The notes below the pieces were generated by a model that saw only the letters and a list, made by a program, of their open reading frames with translations, was not told the DNA's origin and did not search any database. The translations under genes were made by a program, and so were the position numbers. Positions 13,360 to 24,224 of a DNA stretch of 64,000 nt are shown here, one piece after another (the stretch's first letter is position 1; every line of letters begins with the position of its first letter). The stretch lies in NCBI RefSeq assembly GCF_963921235.1, contig NC_086108.1, positions 84,260,001 to 84,324,000 on the forward strand, given 5' to 3'. The stretch comes from Mobula hypostoma (lineage: Eukaryota).

Positions 13360-14259
13360 TTAAGATGTTGGAGATGAAAGTTGATCCAGATAACTCTGGG
13401 CATCCGATGGAGAATCAAAAAAACGAAGGGCTCCATCTGACATGCGAATCCTTAGACGTGCAGGGTACAGCAGCGCTGGTCTTAAATCCCTCTTATAGAA
13501 TTCCGACATCACGGATCTGTAACGGACCCGTTGGTCCCAGATTGGTTTACTGAAATCTTCCACGAATCGGAACTTAAGATCCGAAAAATCAATGAAACCT
13601 TTAGATCGAGCGAATCGAAACAGACTCTCCTTGTCTTGAAAGTAATGAAAACGTAAGATAACATGCCTAGGTCTATCTGACCTAGACGAGTATGATGGGA
13701 TTCTGTGAACACGATCCAGTAGCGGTGGTTGGTCAGGAAATACAGTAGGGAATGCATCTTTTAAAAGTTGGGAGAAATATTTCATGGGGTTGTTACCTTC
13801 AACGGCTTCCCTCACGCCAATCATTCGTAAATTCTGCCGTCGCATTCTAGATTCCAAGTCAGAGTTTTTAAAAGTCAAAAAGTCAAGTTTCTTCTTCATT
13901 ACATTAATTGTTTCTTCGATTTTCCCCATCTTAAGCTCACTTTGTTGCGCGAATTTTTGAAGATCAGATATAGCCGACTGATGTTCCGCAATACATGTTT
14001 GCATCTTATCAATTAAATCGGCAATTTTCTGGAAATTAGTTGAGATTTCCGTATGAATCAGGTCTTTAACAAAGCCTGCAATTTCCGTACGAATCATCTC
14101 CCTAACAGAGGTTGAAATTTCCCTCTGAATTAACTCCGATATCGCTTTCAAAGTCACCGGTGATTCAGTCGGAGGGAGATCCGTAGCTTTCGGTTTAACC
14201 GGAGGTTTACCATCCTTGCCGTCTTTCTCGTTCTTAGACATAGCAGATCTAAGTTCCAT
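13360..14259 (-). CDS. L1 ORF1p (coiled coil + RRM + CTD RNA-binding protein), intact 299 aa
   Basis: L1 ORF1 motifs DLESRMRRQNLRMIGVRE, LDRVHRI, PRHVILRFHYFQDKE, FVEDFS and LLYPARLRI; heptad-rich N-terminal half. Confidence 0.93.
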   Translation of the reverse strand: MELRSAMSKNEKDGKDGKPPVKPKATDLPPTESPVTLKAISELIQREISTSVREMIRTEIAGFVKDLIHTEISTNFQKIADLIDKMQTCIAEHQSAISDLQKFAQQSELKMGKIEETINVMKKKLDFLTFKNSDLESRMRRQNLRMIGVREAVEGNNPMKYFSQLLKDAFPTVFPDQPPLLDRVHRIPSYSSRSDRPRHVILRFHYFQDKESLFRFARSKGFIDFSDLKFRFVEDFSKPIWDQRVRYRSVMSEFYKRDLRPALLYPARLRIRMSDGALRFFDSPSDAQSYLDQLSSPTS

Positions 14260-14989
14260 CCAGTTGTCGGAGAATTCAGTTTAATTCAAAGTATTGTAAG
14301 AGTTGATGCCTTAATGGTTAATTAAAGTATAGCTGACCATAGAGAAAAAAAACTCAGAGGTAATGGAGCGAGTCAAGAACGCGACTTCACTCCATGAGCG
14401 CTACCGGAAGTCTCGAGATTTATCCTGAAAGTATTAAATTATGCATTATAGGAAAGACCAAAACACCAAATGCTATTTTTCATCTCTTAAAAACGTGGGA
14501 TCTTCATTTGTTTTCCTGTCAGGCCACCAGGATTACGGAGGCAGGAGGAGAGGACCTGAAGGTAAATTTTCCTCATTAGAAGCCAAAGGAGAAAGATGAA
14601 ATAGTCCTGGCCTGGAGATTCATCCATGAGAAATACTCATCATCACCTGTCAAAGAAGCAATATTTTCAGAAACGGACATTTTAAAAGTGGTCAGTTCCA
14701 ATAATTACTCAGGAGCAAAGTTCTCATCATTGAAACACACCTGGACTTGTGTCAGGGAACATCCCATTTCCCTGAACAATCTGCTTCCAGATCTTTTCAA
14801 GCAGGTGCTGGTGCATGATACATTCGTCAATTCATGGAATGTTAAAGGGCACAAACCGATAAAGGCTCCATACGTAAACCCTTAGCCCAAGAACTGATAG
14901 GGGCTGCATGACTACCATCAAAAAGTTGTTAGTGAAAACATGTAACAACAAAAGGCACAAAGCAATGGAGATCTTGGTTAAGGTGATTA

Positions 14990-16540
14990 CAGGTGTCCCC
15001 TGCTTTTCGAATGTTCGCTTTACGAAACCTCACTGTTACAAAAGACCTACATTAGTTACCTGTTTTCGCTAACAGAAGGTGTTTTCGCTAACAGAAGGTG
15101 TTTTCACTGTTACCAAAAAAAGCAGCGTGCGATAAAAGGCAGCGCGCGCCCCAAGCAGCCGCTCTCCCCCAGGTTCGGAATGGCATTCTAGCTGGCATTG
15201 CTTAAACACGTGCCTGTGAGCATCTGTGCTTTATGCCAATTTATTTTGAGCATCAGTTTGCAAGATGAGTTCTAAGGTATCGGAAAAGCCTAAAAGAGCT
15301 CGTAAAGGTGTTACACTTAGCATAAAACTAGACATAATTAAGCATTTCGATCGTGGTGAACAAAGTAAGGACAAAGTGAGTTTGCCTTGTGGAAGTTGAC
15401 GAAGATGATGTTGAAGAGGTTTTGGCATCCCATGACCAAGAACTGATAGATGAAGAGCTGATGCAATTGGAAGAGGAAAGGATAACAATTGAAACCGAAT
15501 GCAGTAGCGAACGGACTGAAAGTGAAGTCGTCCAGGAACTGAACGTGAAGCAACTGCGTGAGATTTTCGCTGCAATGATAAAGTACGACTTTAATTTTGA
15601 AAGGTTTAGGGCATATTTGCAAGATGGTTTGAGTCCTTACAAAGAACTGTATGATAGAAAAATGCGCGAGGCTAAACAGTCAAGCATACTGTTGTTCTTC
15701 AAGCCTTCCACATCAGCCACAGCAGACGACGAACTTCGACCTTCGCCATCGAGGCAGGCAGACATAGAAGAAGATGACCTGCCTGCCCTGATCGATGATG
15801 AGATGACACCCCCGTGTCCCACCACCCCAGTGGTCCCAACCTCCGGGCCAAGGACAGATACTGATTGCCGATTTGCGTCGCCTCTGATCAGGGCTGACAT
15901 TTACATGCCGGGTGGCACCTAATCAATTAGCTTGTTTATTTCTGTTTTTTTCTTAAAGATGTGCTGAGTGCGTCCCGGCCACCGCTGGACCCCTGCATGC
16001 TTCGCGGATCGGTATCGGTTCGCTGCCCGGAGGGTGGGGACCACTGCACCACCCCAACCTCTGACGACTCAGCCTAACACACCATCGTCAGTGTGCTCTG
16101 CGTTGTCTTCCCAATTCCCATAAGTGAATCTACACTGTACATTCATTATTTCGACTTTATCTAGGCTGTATATTTTTATGTGTTATTTGGTATGATTTGG
16201 CAGCTTCATAGCTTAAAGGTTACTGGAGAGAGTGTTTTTGCCGAGAGCGCTTGCGTGAGATTTTTGCTACGGAGAACAGTGCAGGCAATGATTGTAGAAA
16301 AGTATTTCTACTTTATATAGGCTGTGTATTTATCATATCATTCCTGCTTTTACTATATGTTACTGTTATTTTAGGTTTTATGTGTTATTTGGCATGATTT
16401 GCTAGGTTATTTTTGGTTCTGCGAACGCTCACAAATTTTTCCCATATAAATAAATGGTAATTGCTTCTTCACTTTACGACATTCCGGCTTACGAACCATT
16501 TCATAGGAATGCTCTACTTTCGGATTGAGGGGGAAACCTG
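14990..16540 (+). mobile_element. Non-autonomous Tigger/pogo-type DNA transposon, copy 2
   Basis: TA|CAGGTGTCCCC ... GGGGGAAACCTG|TA termini with TA TSD. ATG at 15265 gives MSSKVSEKPKRARKGVTLSIKLDIIKHFDRGE (HTH start), joined to acidic tail ORF 15389-15922. Private 19-bp tandem duplication at ~15062-15099. Confidence 0.9.
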
Positions 16541-16604
16541 TACATAATATTTCAAATGCCTGGACTGATCTGAGATTACCTCAAGTAGATTGCATAAAGT
16601 CAAG

Positions 16605-17287
16605 TTAGATTATGAGAACACTCAGTCCTCTTTCATTGCCATTTAGAAATGCATACATGCATTAAGAAATGATACAATGTTTCTCGGGATTGATATCACA
16701 GAAAACAGGACAAATGAAAGACTAACACTGACAGAACCACATAATTATAACATATAGTTACAGCAGTGCAAAGCAATACCATAATTTGATGAAGAACGAA
16801 CCATGGCACGGTAAAAATAGTCCCAAAGTCCCTGAGTCGATCGACTCCGAGTCCCCGATAGCAGGTGGTAAAAGGGAGAAACTCCCTGTCATAAACCTCC
16901 AGGCACCGTCAACTTGCCGATGCCTTGGAAGCAGCCAACCACAGCCGACACTGAGTGCGTCCGTCCAAAAACGTCAAGCCTCCGACCAGCCCCTCCAATA
17001 CTGCCTCCCAAGCGTCATCCTCTGCCGAGCACCTTCGGCTTCGCCCCGGCTGCTGAAACAAGCAAAGCCGAGGATTAGGGGCCTTCTGCTCCAGAGATTC
17101 CAGTTACCACACAGTAGCAGCGGCAGCAAAGCGGGCATTTCAGAAGTTTTCCAGATGTTCCTCCGTACTTTCACATCCATCTCCCTCAAATCAGAATTGT
17201 GCACGGTCCCCTACTTGACAGATTACAGATATCATTCACCGGAGAGGCCGCGCACGCTGCCGTTGCACCGCCATCTTCTCCTCCTCC
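16605..17287 (-). mobile_element. Probable non-autonomous, non-coding retroelement (YY1-type 5' motif, LINE-like 3' tail)
   Basis: Minus strand starts GGAGGAGGAGAAGATGGCGG, has a GC/CpG-rich body against an AT-rich background, and ends in a TG-rich tail (...TGCATTTCTAAATGGCAATGAAAG...) resembling LINE 3' UTRs. No recognisable protein. Confidence 0.55.
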
Positions 17288-17444
17288 TTTTTGTTACATT
17301 CTCCTGTAATGTTACATTCTCCTCATGTAATGTTACCTTCACATTACATAAGTCCAAGAGTAAACAAACCTTTCCAAACTGGCATCAGATAGTATTATGC
17401 CTGACAAAGGGTCTTTGACCTAAACTGGTAGTTATGATAGAGTC

Positions 17445-17850
17445 CCACCATCCAGGCCATGCTCTCGTCTCACTGTTGTAACAGGAAGAAGGATCAGGAG
17501 CCTTGGGTACCACACCACCAGGTTCAGGAACAGTTATCACCCTTCAACCATCAGGCTCCTGAACCAGTGTGGACAACTTCACCCACCTCAACATTGAACT
17601 ACTTCCAGGAATATATGGACTCACTTTCAAGGACTCCACCACTCATGATCTCAGTATTTAGTTATTTTTAATTTTTATTTACAATGTTTTTCTTCTTTTA
17701 CACATTGGCTGTTTGCCTGTCTTTCTTTATGTGTACTTTTTCATTGACTCTATTGTATTTCTTTGTTCTACTGTGAATGCCTGCAAGAAAATGAAGGTCA
17801 GGTTAGTATATGGTGACATATATGTACTTTAGTAATAAATTAACTTTGAC
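17445..17850 (+). mobile_element. Rex/Babar-type LINE 3' fragment
   Basis: 'ccaccatccaggccatgctctc...caccaggttcaggaacag' C-terminal remnant plus 3' UTR ending aataaatt..ctttga. Same family as 21180-22010, 45170-45900 and 62995-63625. Confidence 0.75.
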
Positions 17851-18258
17851 CTTTATTTCTCTTTCCATAGATGCTGCCCAATGTACTAAGTGATGCTTGG
17901 TTGTGTAATGATCTAACGGCGAAGAATACATCAGTAGAACATAGTAGCAGCAAGTTGTGGGCACACTCTGTCGGTGCCGGTAACATGGTGACACTTGCAG
18001 GCTGCCCAGTATAATCCCACTTATTAGATTTGATGCACAATGACATGTTTCGCTGTGTGTTTTGGTGTACATGTGACAAATAAAGCTAGTTTTAAAAAAT
18101 TCTTTATTGAAACAAGTTATGTGTTTTCAATAAGATAAGCCGTAGAAGATGTCCATCATCTGAAACTAAAAAGGCACTATGATGAGAGGAATGGGTTTGT
18201 AAACTTTTTAGGTGCTGTGCCCCAGAAAAGACTTGCGACATAGGGGAGATGCAAGAAA

Positions 18259-20401
18259 TTGACAGAATATGACAGTGGAACAGCAATGGCAGGTATTCTT
18301 GGGAATAATGCACAAGGTGCAAAATCAGTTCATCCCCCAGAGAAGGAAGGATTCAAAGGGGGGAAAGTGGCCACAGTGGTTGACAAAGGAAGTCAAAGAT
18401 AGCATAGCATTAAAAAAGAAGTATAACAGAGCTAAGGTAAGTGGGAAGACAGATGATTGGGAAATTTTTAAGGAGCAACAGAACTTAACTAAAAAGGCAA
18501 TACGGGGAGAAAGAATGAGGTATGAACGCAAGCTAGGTAGGAATATAAAGGAGGATAGCAAAAGTTTTTTTTAGGTATGTGAAGAGAAAGAAGATAGTTA
18601 AAAACAATGTTGGGCCCTTGAAGAATGAATTGGGAGAAATTGTTATGGGAAACAGAGAAATGGCAGACGAATTTAGTAAGTACTTTGGATCTGTCTTCAC
18701 TAGGGAAGACACAAGCAATCTCCCAGATGTATGGATGGGCCAAAGACATAGGGTAACAGAGGAACTGAAACAGATTGACATTAGGAAGGAAACTGTGATG
18801 AGTAGACTGATGGGACTGGAGGCTAACAAATCCCCAGGTCCAGATGGTCTGCAACCTAGGGTACTAAAGGAGGTGGCTCTGGAAATTGCGGATGCATTGG
18901 TGATCATTTTCCAATGTTCCTTAGATTCAGGATCAGTTCCTGAGGATTGGCAAATGGCTAATGTTATCCCACTTTTTAAGAAAGGAGGGAGGGAGAACAC
19001 AGAGAACTATCGCCCTATTAGCCTAACATCAGTAGTGGGGAAGATGCTAGAGTCCATTATTAAAGATGAAATAGCAGCATATCTTGGTAGCAGTGATAAG
19101 ATTGGGCCGAGCCAGCATGGATTTACCAAGGGCAAATCATGCTTGACTAATCCATTGGAGTTTTTCGAGGATCTAACCAGGAAGATAGACACGGGAGATC
19201 CAGTGGATGTGATGTACCTGGACTTTCAGAAGGCATTTGATAAGGTACCACATAGGAGATTGGTGGGTAAAATCAGAGCTCATGGCATTGGGGGGAGGAT
19301 ATTGACATGGATAGAAAACTGGTTGGTAGATAGAAAGCAAAGGGTAGCAGTGAATGGGTGTTTCTCGGAATGGCAGGTGGTGACTAGTGGGGTGCCACGG
19401 GGCTCGGTATTGGGACCACAGTTGTTTATGATTTACGTCAATGATTTAGAGGAAGGCATTGTGACTAACATCAGCAAGTTTGCTGATGATACTAAGCTGG
19501 GTGGCAGTGTGACGTGATGAGGATGTTAGGAGAATTCAAGGTGACTTGGATAGGCTGGGTGAGTGGGCAGAAACTTGGCAGATGGTGTTTAATGTGAATA
19601 AGTGTGAGGTTATTCACTTTGGGAGCAAGAACAGGAAGGCAAATTATTATCTGAACGGTGTGGAGTTAGGTAAGGGAGAAATACAAAGAGATCTAGGAGT
19701 ACTTGTTCATCAGTCTCTGAAGGTGAATGAGCAAGTGCAGCAGGCAGTGAAGAAGGCTAATGGAATGTTGGCCTTTATTACAAAGGGAATTGAGTACAAG
19801 AGCAGGGAAATCCTTTTGCATATGTACAGGGCCCTGGTGAGACCACACCTGGAGTACTGCGTGCAGTTTTGGTCTCCAGGGTTAAGGAAGGACATCCTGG
19901 CTGTGGAGGAGGTGCAGCGTAGGTTGACTAGGTTAATTCCTGGGATGTCCGGACTGTCTTACGCAGAGAGGTTAGAGAGACTGGGCTTGTACACGCTGGA
20001 ATTAAGGAGATTGAGGGGGGATCTGATTGAGACATATAAGATTATTAAGGGATTGGACAAGATAGAGGCAGGAAATATTTTCCAGATGCTGGGAGAGTCC
20101 AGTACCAGAGGGCATGGTTTAAGAATAAGGGGTAGGTCATTTAGGACAGAGTCGAGGAGGAACTTCTCCCAAAGAGTTGTGGAGGTGTGGAACGCGCTGT
20201 CTCAGAAGGCAGTGGAGGCCAATTCTCTGGATGCTTTCAAGAAGGAGCTAGATAGGTATCTTATGGATAGGGGAATCAAGGGTTATGGGGACAAGGCAGG
20301 AACCGGGTATTGATAGTAGATGATCAGCCATGATCTCAGAATGGCGGTGCAGGCTCAAAGGGCTGAATGGTCTACTTCTGCACCTATTGTCTATTGTCTA
20401 T
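18259..20401 (+). mobile_element. 5'-truncated CR1-clade LINE (HER1-like), ORF2 in three frameshifted pieces
   Basis: ORFs 18269-18574, 18579-19517 and 19546-20313 carry [43 protein letters not shown] and RPHLEYCVQFWSP. Ends in a (CTATTGT)n tail at ~20384-20401. Confidence 0.95.
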
Positions 20402-21179
20402 AATATAACAATTTCATTATCTCACATGCACTGTAGTGGCCTTCTGAAGTACTGTATAGCAACATCCCTTCTCTAGGCCACAGGACTGGCAGTTATGTTG
20501 CTGCTGGCATTAGTTGTGTTCCATCTTCCCCTACTTGAAATGGAAGTGCAATCAGTGTGTTGGAGGGTATGAATGCTGTGGAAAGGTGGCAGCTAGTAAA
20601 GATAGTTGTAAAATAAAGTGTAAAACACAAAGCACTTCCACAAAGTAGCTAAATGTAGATGAATTTGCTGTAAGTTCATTAGTCTTCACCAAATGTGCAA
20701 GATTAATTAACTTAATCAATAATCTTGCAGCATCAAATCCGGATTCTTAATGACTTACTTCTGGCATGAGCCTCCTTGGTCATCATCTTCCACTGAAGTT
20801 TCATAACTGATGTAGAGGACATCTTACGTCCTGCTATGATGGACCTCAATAATCCTGGTGATTTGGCATTCAAAGATCAAGGAGAACATTCCTGCGCCTT
20901 GCCAGCTGCAATGAGCTTTTGAAAGTTTTGTAATAACTTCCAACAATGGTTGAAAGCAATGAGCATCTTACCTCTAAGAGGTGTAGGAATGACTTCAATA
21001 TGCTCAGTAAAGCCATGATTAGAGGCATCACACAACATGTACATGCACCTTACGCCTGCTGTTCTACGTTTGGAACTAAAATAATGCTAATATGCATGTA
21101 TATGAATTTCAGAAGCAAGCTACTTCGGATCAATGTGGCATATATTGCTCATGCATCACAATTCCCTTGAACAGAAAAC

Positions 21180-22010
21180 CAATGCCCTTGAACACAAAAG
21201 CCTACGAGAAGTAGTGGATACAACCCAGTCCATCACGGGTAAAGCTCTCTTCACCATTGAGCAGATCTACATAGAGTACTGTAGCAGGAAAGCAGCATAA
21301 GAACCCCCACCATCTAGCCCACACTCTCTTCTCCCTGCTTTTATCAGGAAGTGGGGACGGGAGCCTTGGTTCCCAGACCACCAGGTTCCCCTTAACCATC
21401 AAGCTTTTGAACCAGAGGGGATAACTTCACTCACCCCAACACTGAAATGGTCCCACTATCTATGGTCTCACTTTCAAGGAAGCAACAATTTTTAAATTGT
21501 ATTTATTTAGAGAAACAGTGCAGAATAGCCACATCACCCAGCAACCCCTGATTTAACCCTAGCCTTGCCTAATAGCGGGACAATTTACAATGACCAATTA
21601 ATCTACTAACTGGTATGTCTTTGGACTGTGGGAAGAAACTGAGGCACCCAGAGACAACCCATGCATTCCATGAAGAAGATGTACAAACTCCTTACAGAGG
21701 ACGTGGGGAATGAACTCCAAACATCGATACCCTGAGCTGTAATAGTGTTGTGCTAAACACTACACTACTGTCATGCCCTTCAGTTCATGTTCTCAACATT
21801 TATTACTCATTTGTTTATTATTATTATTTAGCTTTTTTCTCTTTTTGTATTTGCACTGTTTGTTGTCTTCTGCACATAAGTTGTTTGGCCATCTTTGTTG
21901 TGTGCAACTAATCAATGAGTCAATTGTGCTTCTTTGTATTTACTGTGAATGCTCACAAAGAAAATGAATCTCAGGGTAGCATATGGTGATAATAAATTTA
22001 CTTTGAACTT
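21180..22010 (+). mobile_element. Rex/Babar-type LINE 3' fragment interrupted by a SINE
   Basis: Family sequence 'aatgcccttgaac...gcaggaaagcagca' through 'aataaatttactttgaactttga'. An antisense SINE occupies ~21495-21775. Confidence 0.75.
21495..21775 (-). mobile_element. V-domain (HE1-like) SINE, antisense copy
   Basis: Contains 'gtctttggactgtgggaagaaactgaggcacccagag', the reverse complement of the V-domain core seen at 32815, 46435 and 48740. Confidence 0.75.
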
Positions 22011-22094
22011 TGATTCCATCAGGTAATTTCCAGTGTGCTCCAGTTGCTGTTCCTGTGCTAACTATTCTGTTATTTTAGAATATATAAATCTATA

Positions 22095-23530
22095 ATCTGT
22101 GCTGACCAGGACAATTCTAACTAATCACATCTATCTGCACAAGGTCTATATCTCTACAGTATCCCTCTTTTCACTTACCTGTCTAAATGTCCCTTACACT
22201 TTATCACAGAACCTGCATCCATCATTTGCCCTGGCAGCACATTTCAGGCCCCTACTGCTCTCTTGGTTAAAAAAACAACTTGCCTCAAAAATATACTTTA
22301 AAATTTCCTCATTCACCTTAAACCTACGCATTCTAGAAATTAGAACATTGTACAGGCACTTTGGCCCATGGTGTCGTGCTGAGCTTTTAAACTACTCCAA
22401 GATCAATCTAACCCTTTCTCCTGCATAGCCTTCTATTTTTCTATAATCTACATGACTATCTAAGTGTTTTAAATGCTCCTAATGTATCTGCCTCTTCCAC
22501 CACCCCTGAAAGGGCATTCTGCACACCTAACACTCACTGTCTAAAATACATCTCACCCATACTTTCCTCCAACCATCTTAAAATTATGGCCTCCCCCTCC
22601 CCCCTTATTGGCCATTTCCGCTCTGAGAAAAATCTCTGGCTATCAACAACCTCTATAGTTCTTCGAGTATTTGATATTTCCATCCTGGGAAGACTGTGAA
22701 AATTTACCCTATCCATGCCTTTCTCAATTTTATACACATCTGTCAGGTCACCCTATGAGTTTATGACATTCTAGACAAAAATACTTTTATCCAACCTAAT
22801 ATTCCAAGGCGGGTAAAGCCCTCTTCACCACTGAACACATCTACATTCTGGTAATACTCTTCCACTTCTTCACCAAAGTGTCCACATCCTTCTTGTAATG
22901 CAGGAACCAGAATTGTACACAATACTCTAAACATGACCAAGCCAAAGTATTTTAGTTGCAATATGATTTCCTGAATACTATATTCAGCACCCTAACAGAG
23001 GAAGACAAGTACACTGTGTGCCTTCTTTACCATTCTATCCACAAACGTTTGTAGTTCTTTTGCGACTTTCAGCAAGCTATGGGGTTGTCCCCAAAGTCCA
23101 TCTGTATATCAATGATTCAAAAGATCCCGCCTTTTCCTGTATCTTTTCCTCCAAATGACTTTGTTCAAATCCTTTCCAAAAAATATCACACAAACAACTG
23201 AAGTCCAAGCACCGATCCTTGCAGAACGTCACTGGTCACAGACCTCCAGTCAGAATAAGACCCACCACTACAACCCATTTCTCTGGCTCATTCAGTTTTG
23301 AATCTAACCTCTCCATGATCCCATTCATCTTAACCTTTTAGATCAGTGTGCCACAAGGGCCTTGCCAAATGCCTTGTTAAAGTCTATGTAGATAACATCC
23401 ACTACACTACCCCTCATCAATCATCTTCGTCATCGCCTCAAAAAATTCAAAATGTAGCTTGTAAAGCATGAACTTCAGGCTGGCTATCACTAATAAGTGA
23501 ATGTTTTTCTAGATATGTGTAGATCCTATC
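22095..23530 (-). mobile_element. Cluster of degraded CR1 fragments
   Basis: Reverse-strand CR1 remnants (3' tails, 'ccagaattgtacacaatactcta', 'ccaaatgccttgttaaagtctatgtagat' = YxDFxKAF). Confidence 0.7.
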
Positions 23531-24224
23531 CCCTAGGACATTTCTAGGCCAGTGAGCAGCAGTCCCCCACTAAAATAAAGCAACAACACATTTCATTCAT
23601 TGAGGATGTAAGTTATTTCTTTCCAGTTACCATAGATCTGAAAGTTGATCTTCTGAGGTGCACACAAGAGAAATTAACAGGAACCAGCTTGAAAACCTTC
23701 AAGGGTTTGAAATACACAATACCTGAAAACTTTTACAGTGAAGATCTCATAATACATTAAGCTCTTTCCTCCGTAGTTGGGAATTGTAGAACCTTGGTAG
23801 ATCTTGATGTCACTCCATTTTCTACATCCTTCCTGCCAGAGCAGTAAGTGTGGAATTGTTACATCAAGATTAAGATTCCTGTCCAGGTTACATATGACTG
23901 GACTTCATGCAAATTCTCTCATATATATTTAAAGCATTGTTCAAGCTTGTAATGACAATATTTCATGGTACCATTATTAAGTAAACACAGTAGTCTGTTG
24001 TCACTCCATTAGTTAGGATCAGATTCAGATTTATTATTAATGACAAATGTCATGAAGTTTGTTTACATTATGGGTAGTGTTAGGGTGATTATTCAAATCA
24101 ATGAAATTATAGCATTACAATACGAGTAGCTATCAAAAGTAGAGGATTCTGACCAACTGAGAAATCAACCAATGGACATTTCTCAGGAACAGAACCCATA
24201 CATAACTCAGGGACTGCCTATATC

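Larger units (their letters stand above)
8503..14414 (-). mobile_element. Full-length L1-clade LINE (~5.9 kb) with target-site duplication
   Basis: 12-bp TSD gagatttatcct at 8491-8502 and 14415-14426. 5' end GAGACTTCCGGTAGCG; ORF1; ~720-nt T-rich spacer; ORF2; 3' UTR with AATAAA (~8523-8528) and an A-rich tail. Confidence 0.96.

Noticed and set aside
14430..14980. Coding-looking stretch next to the L1 5' end
   Set aside because: Outside the TSD, only short ORFs, no recognisable family or splice support.
17292..17338. Short tandem repeat tgttacattctcct(cat)gtaa, about 2.5 copies
   Set aside because: Simple slippage duplication; no spacer structure, not CRISPR-like.
16786..17418. 210-aa plus-strand ORF
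   Set aside because: Antisense to a GC-rich repeat, runs out into flanking tandem repeats, no domain similarity.
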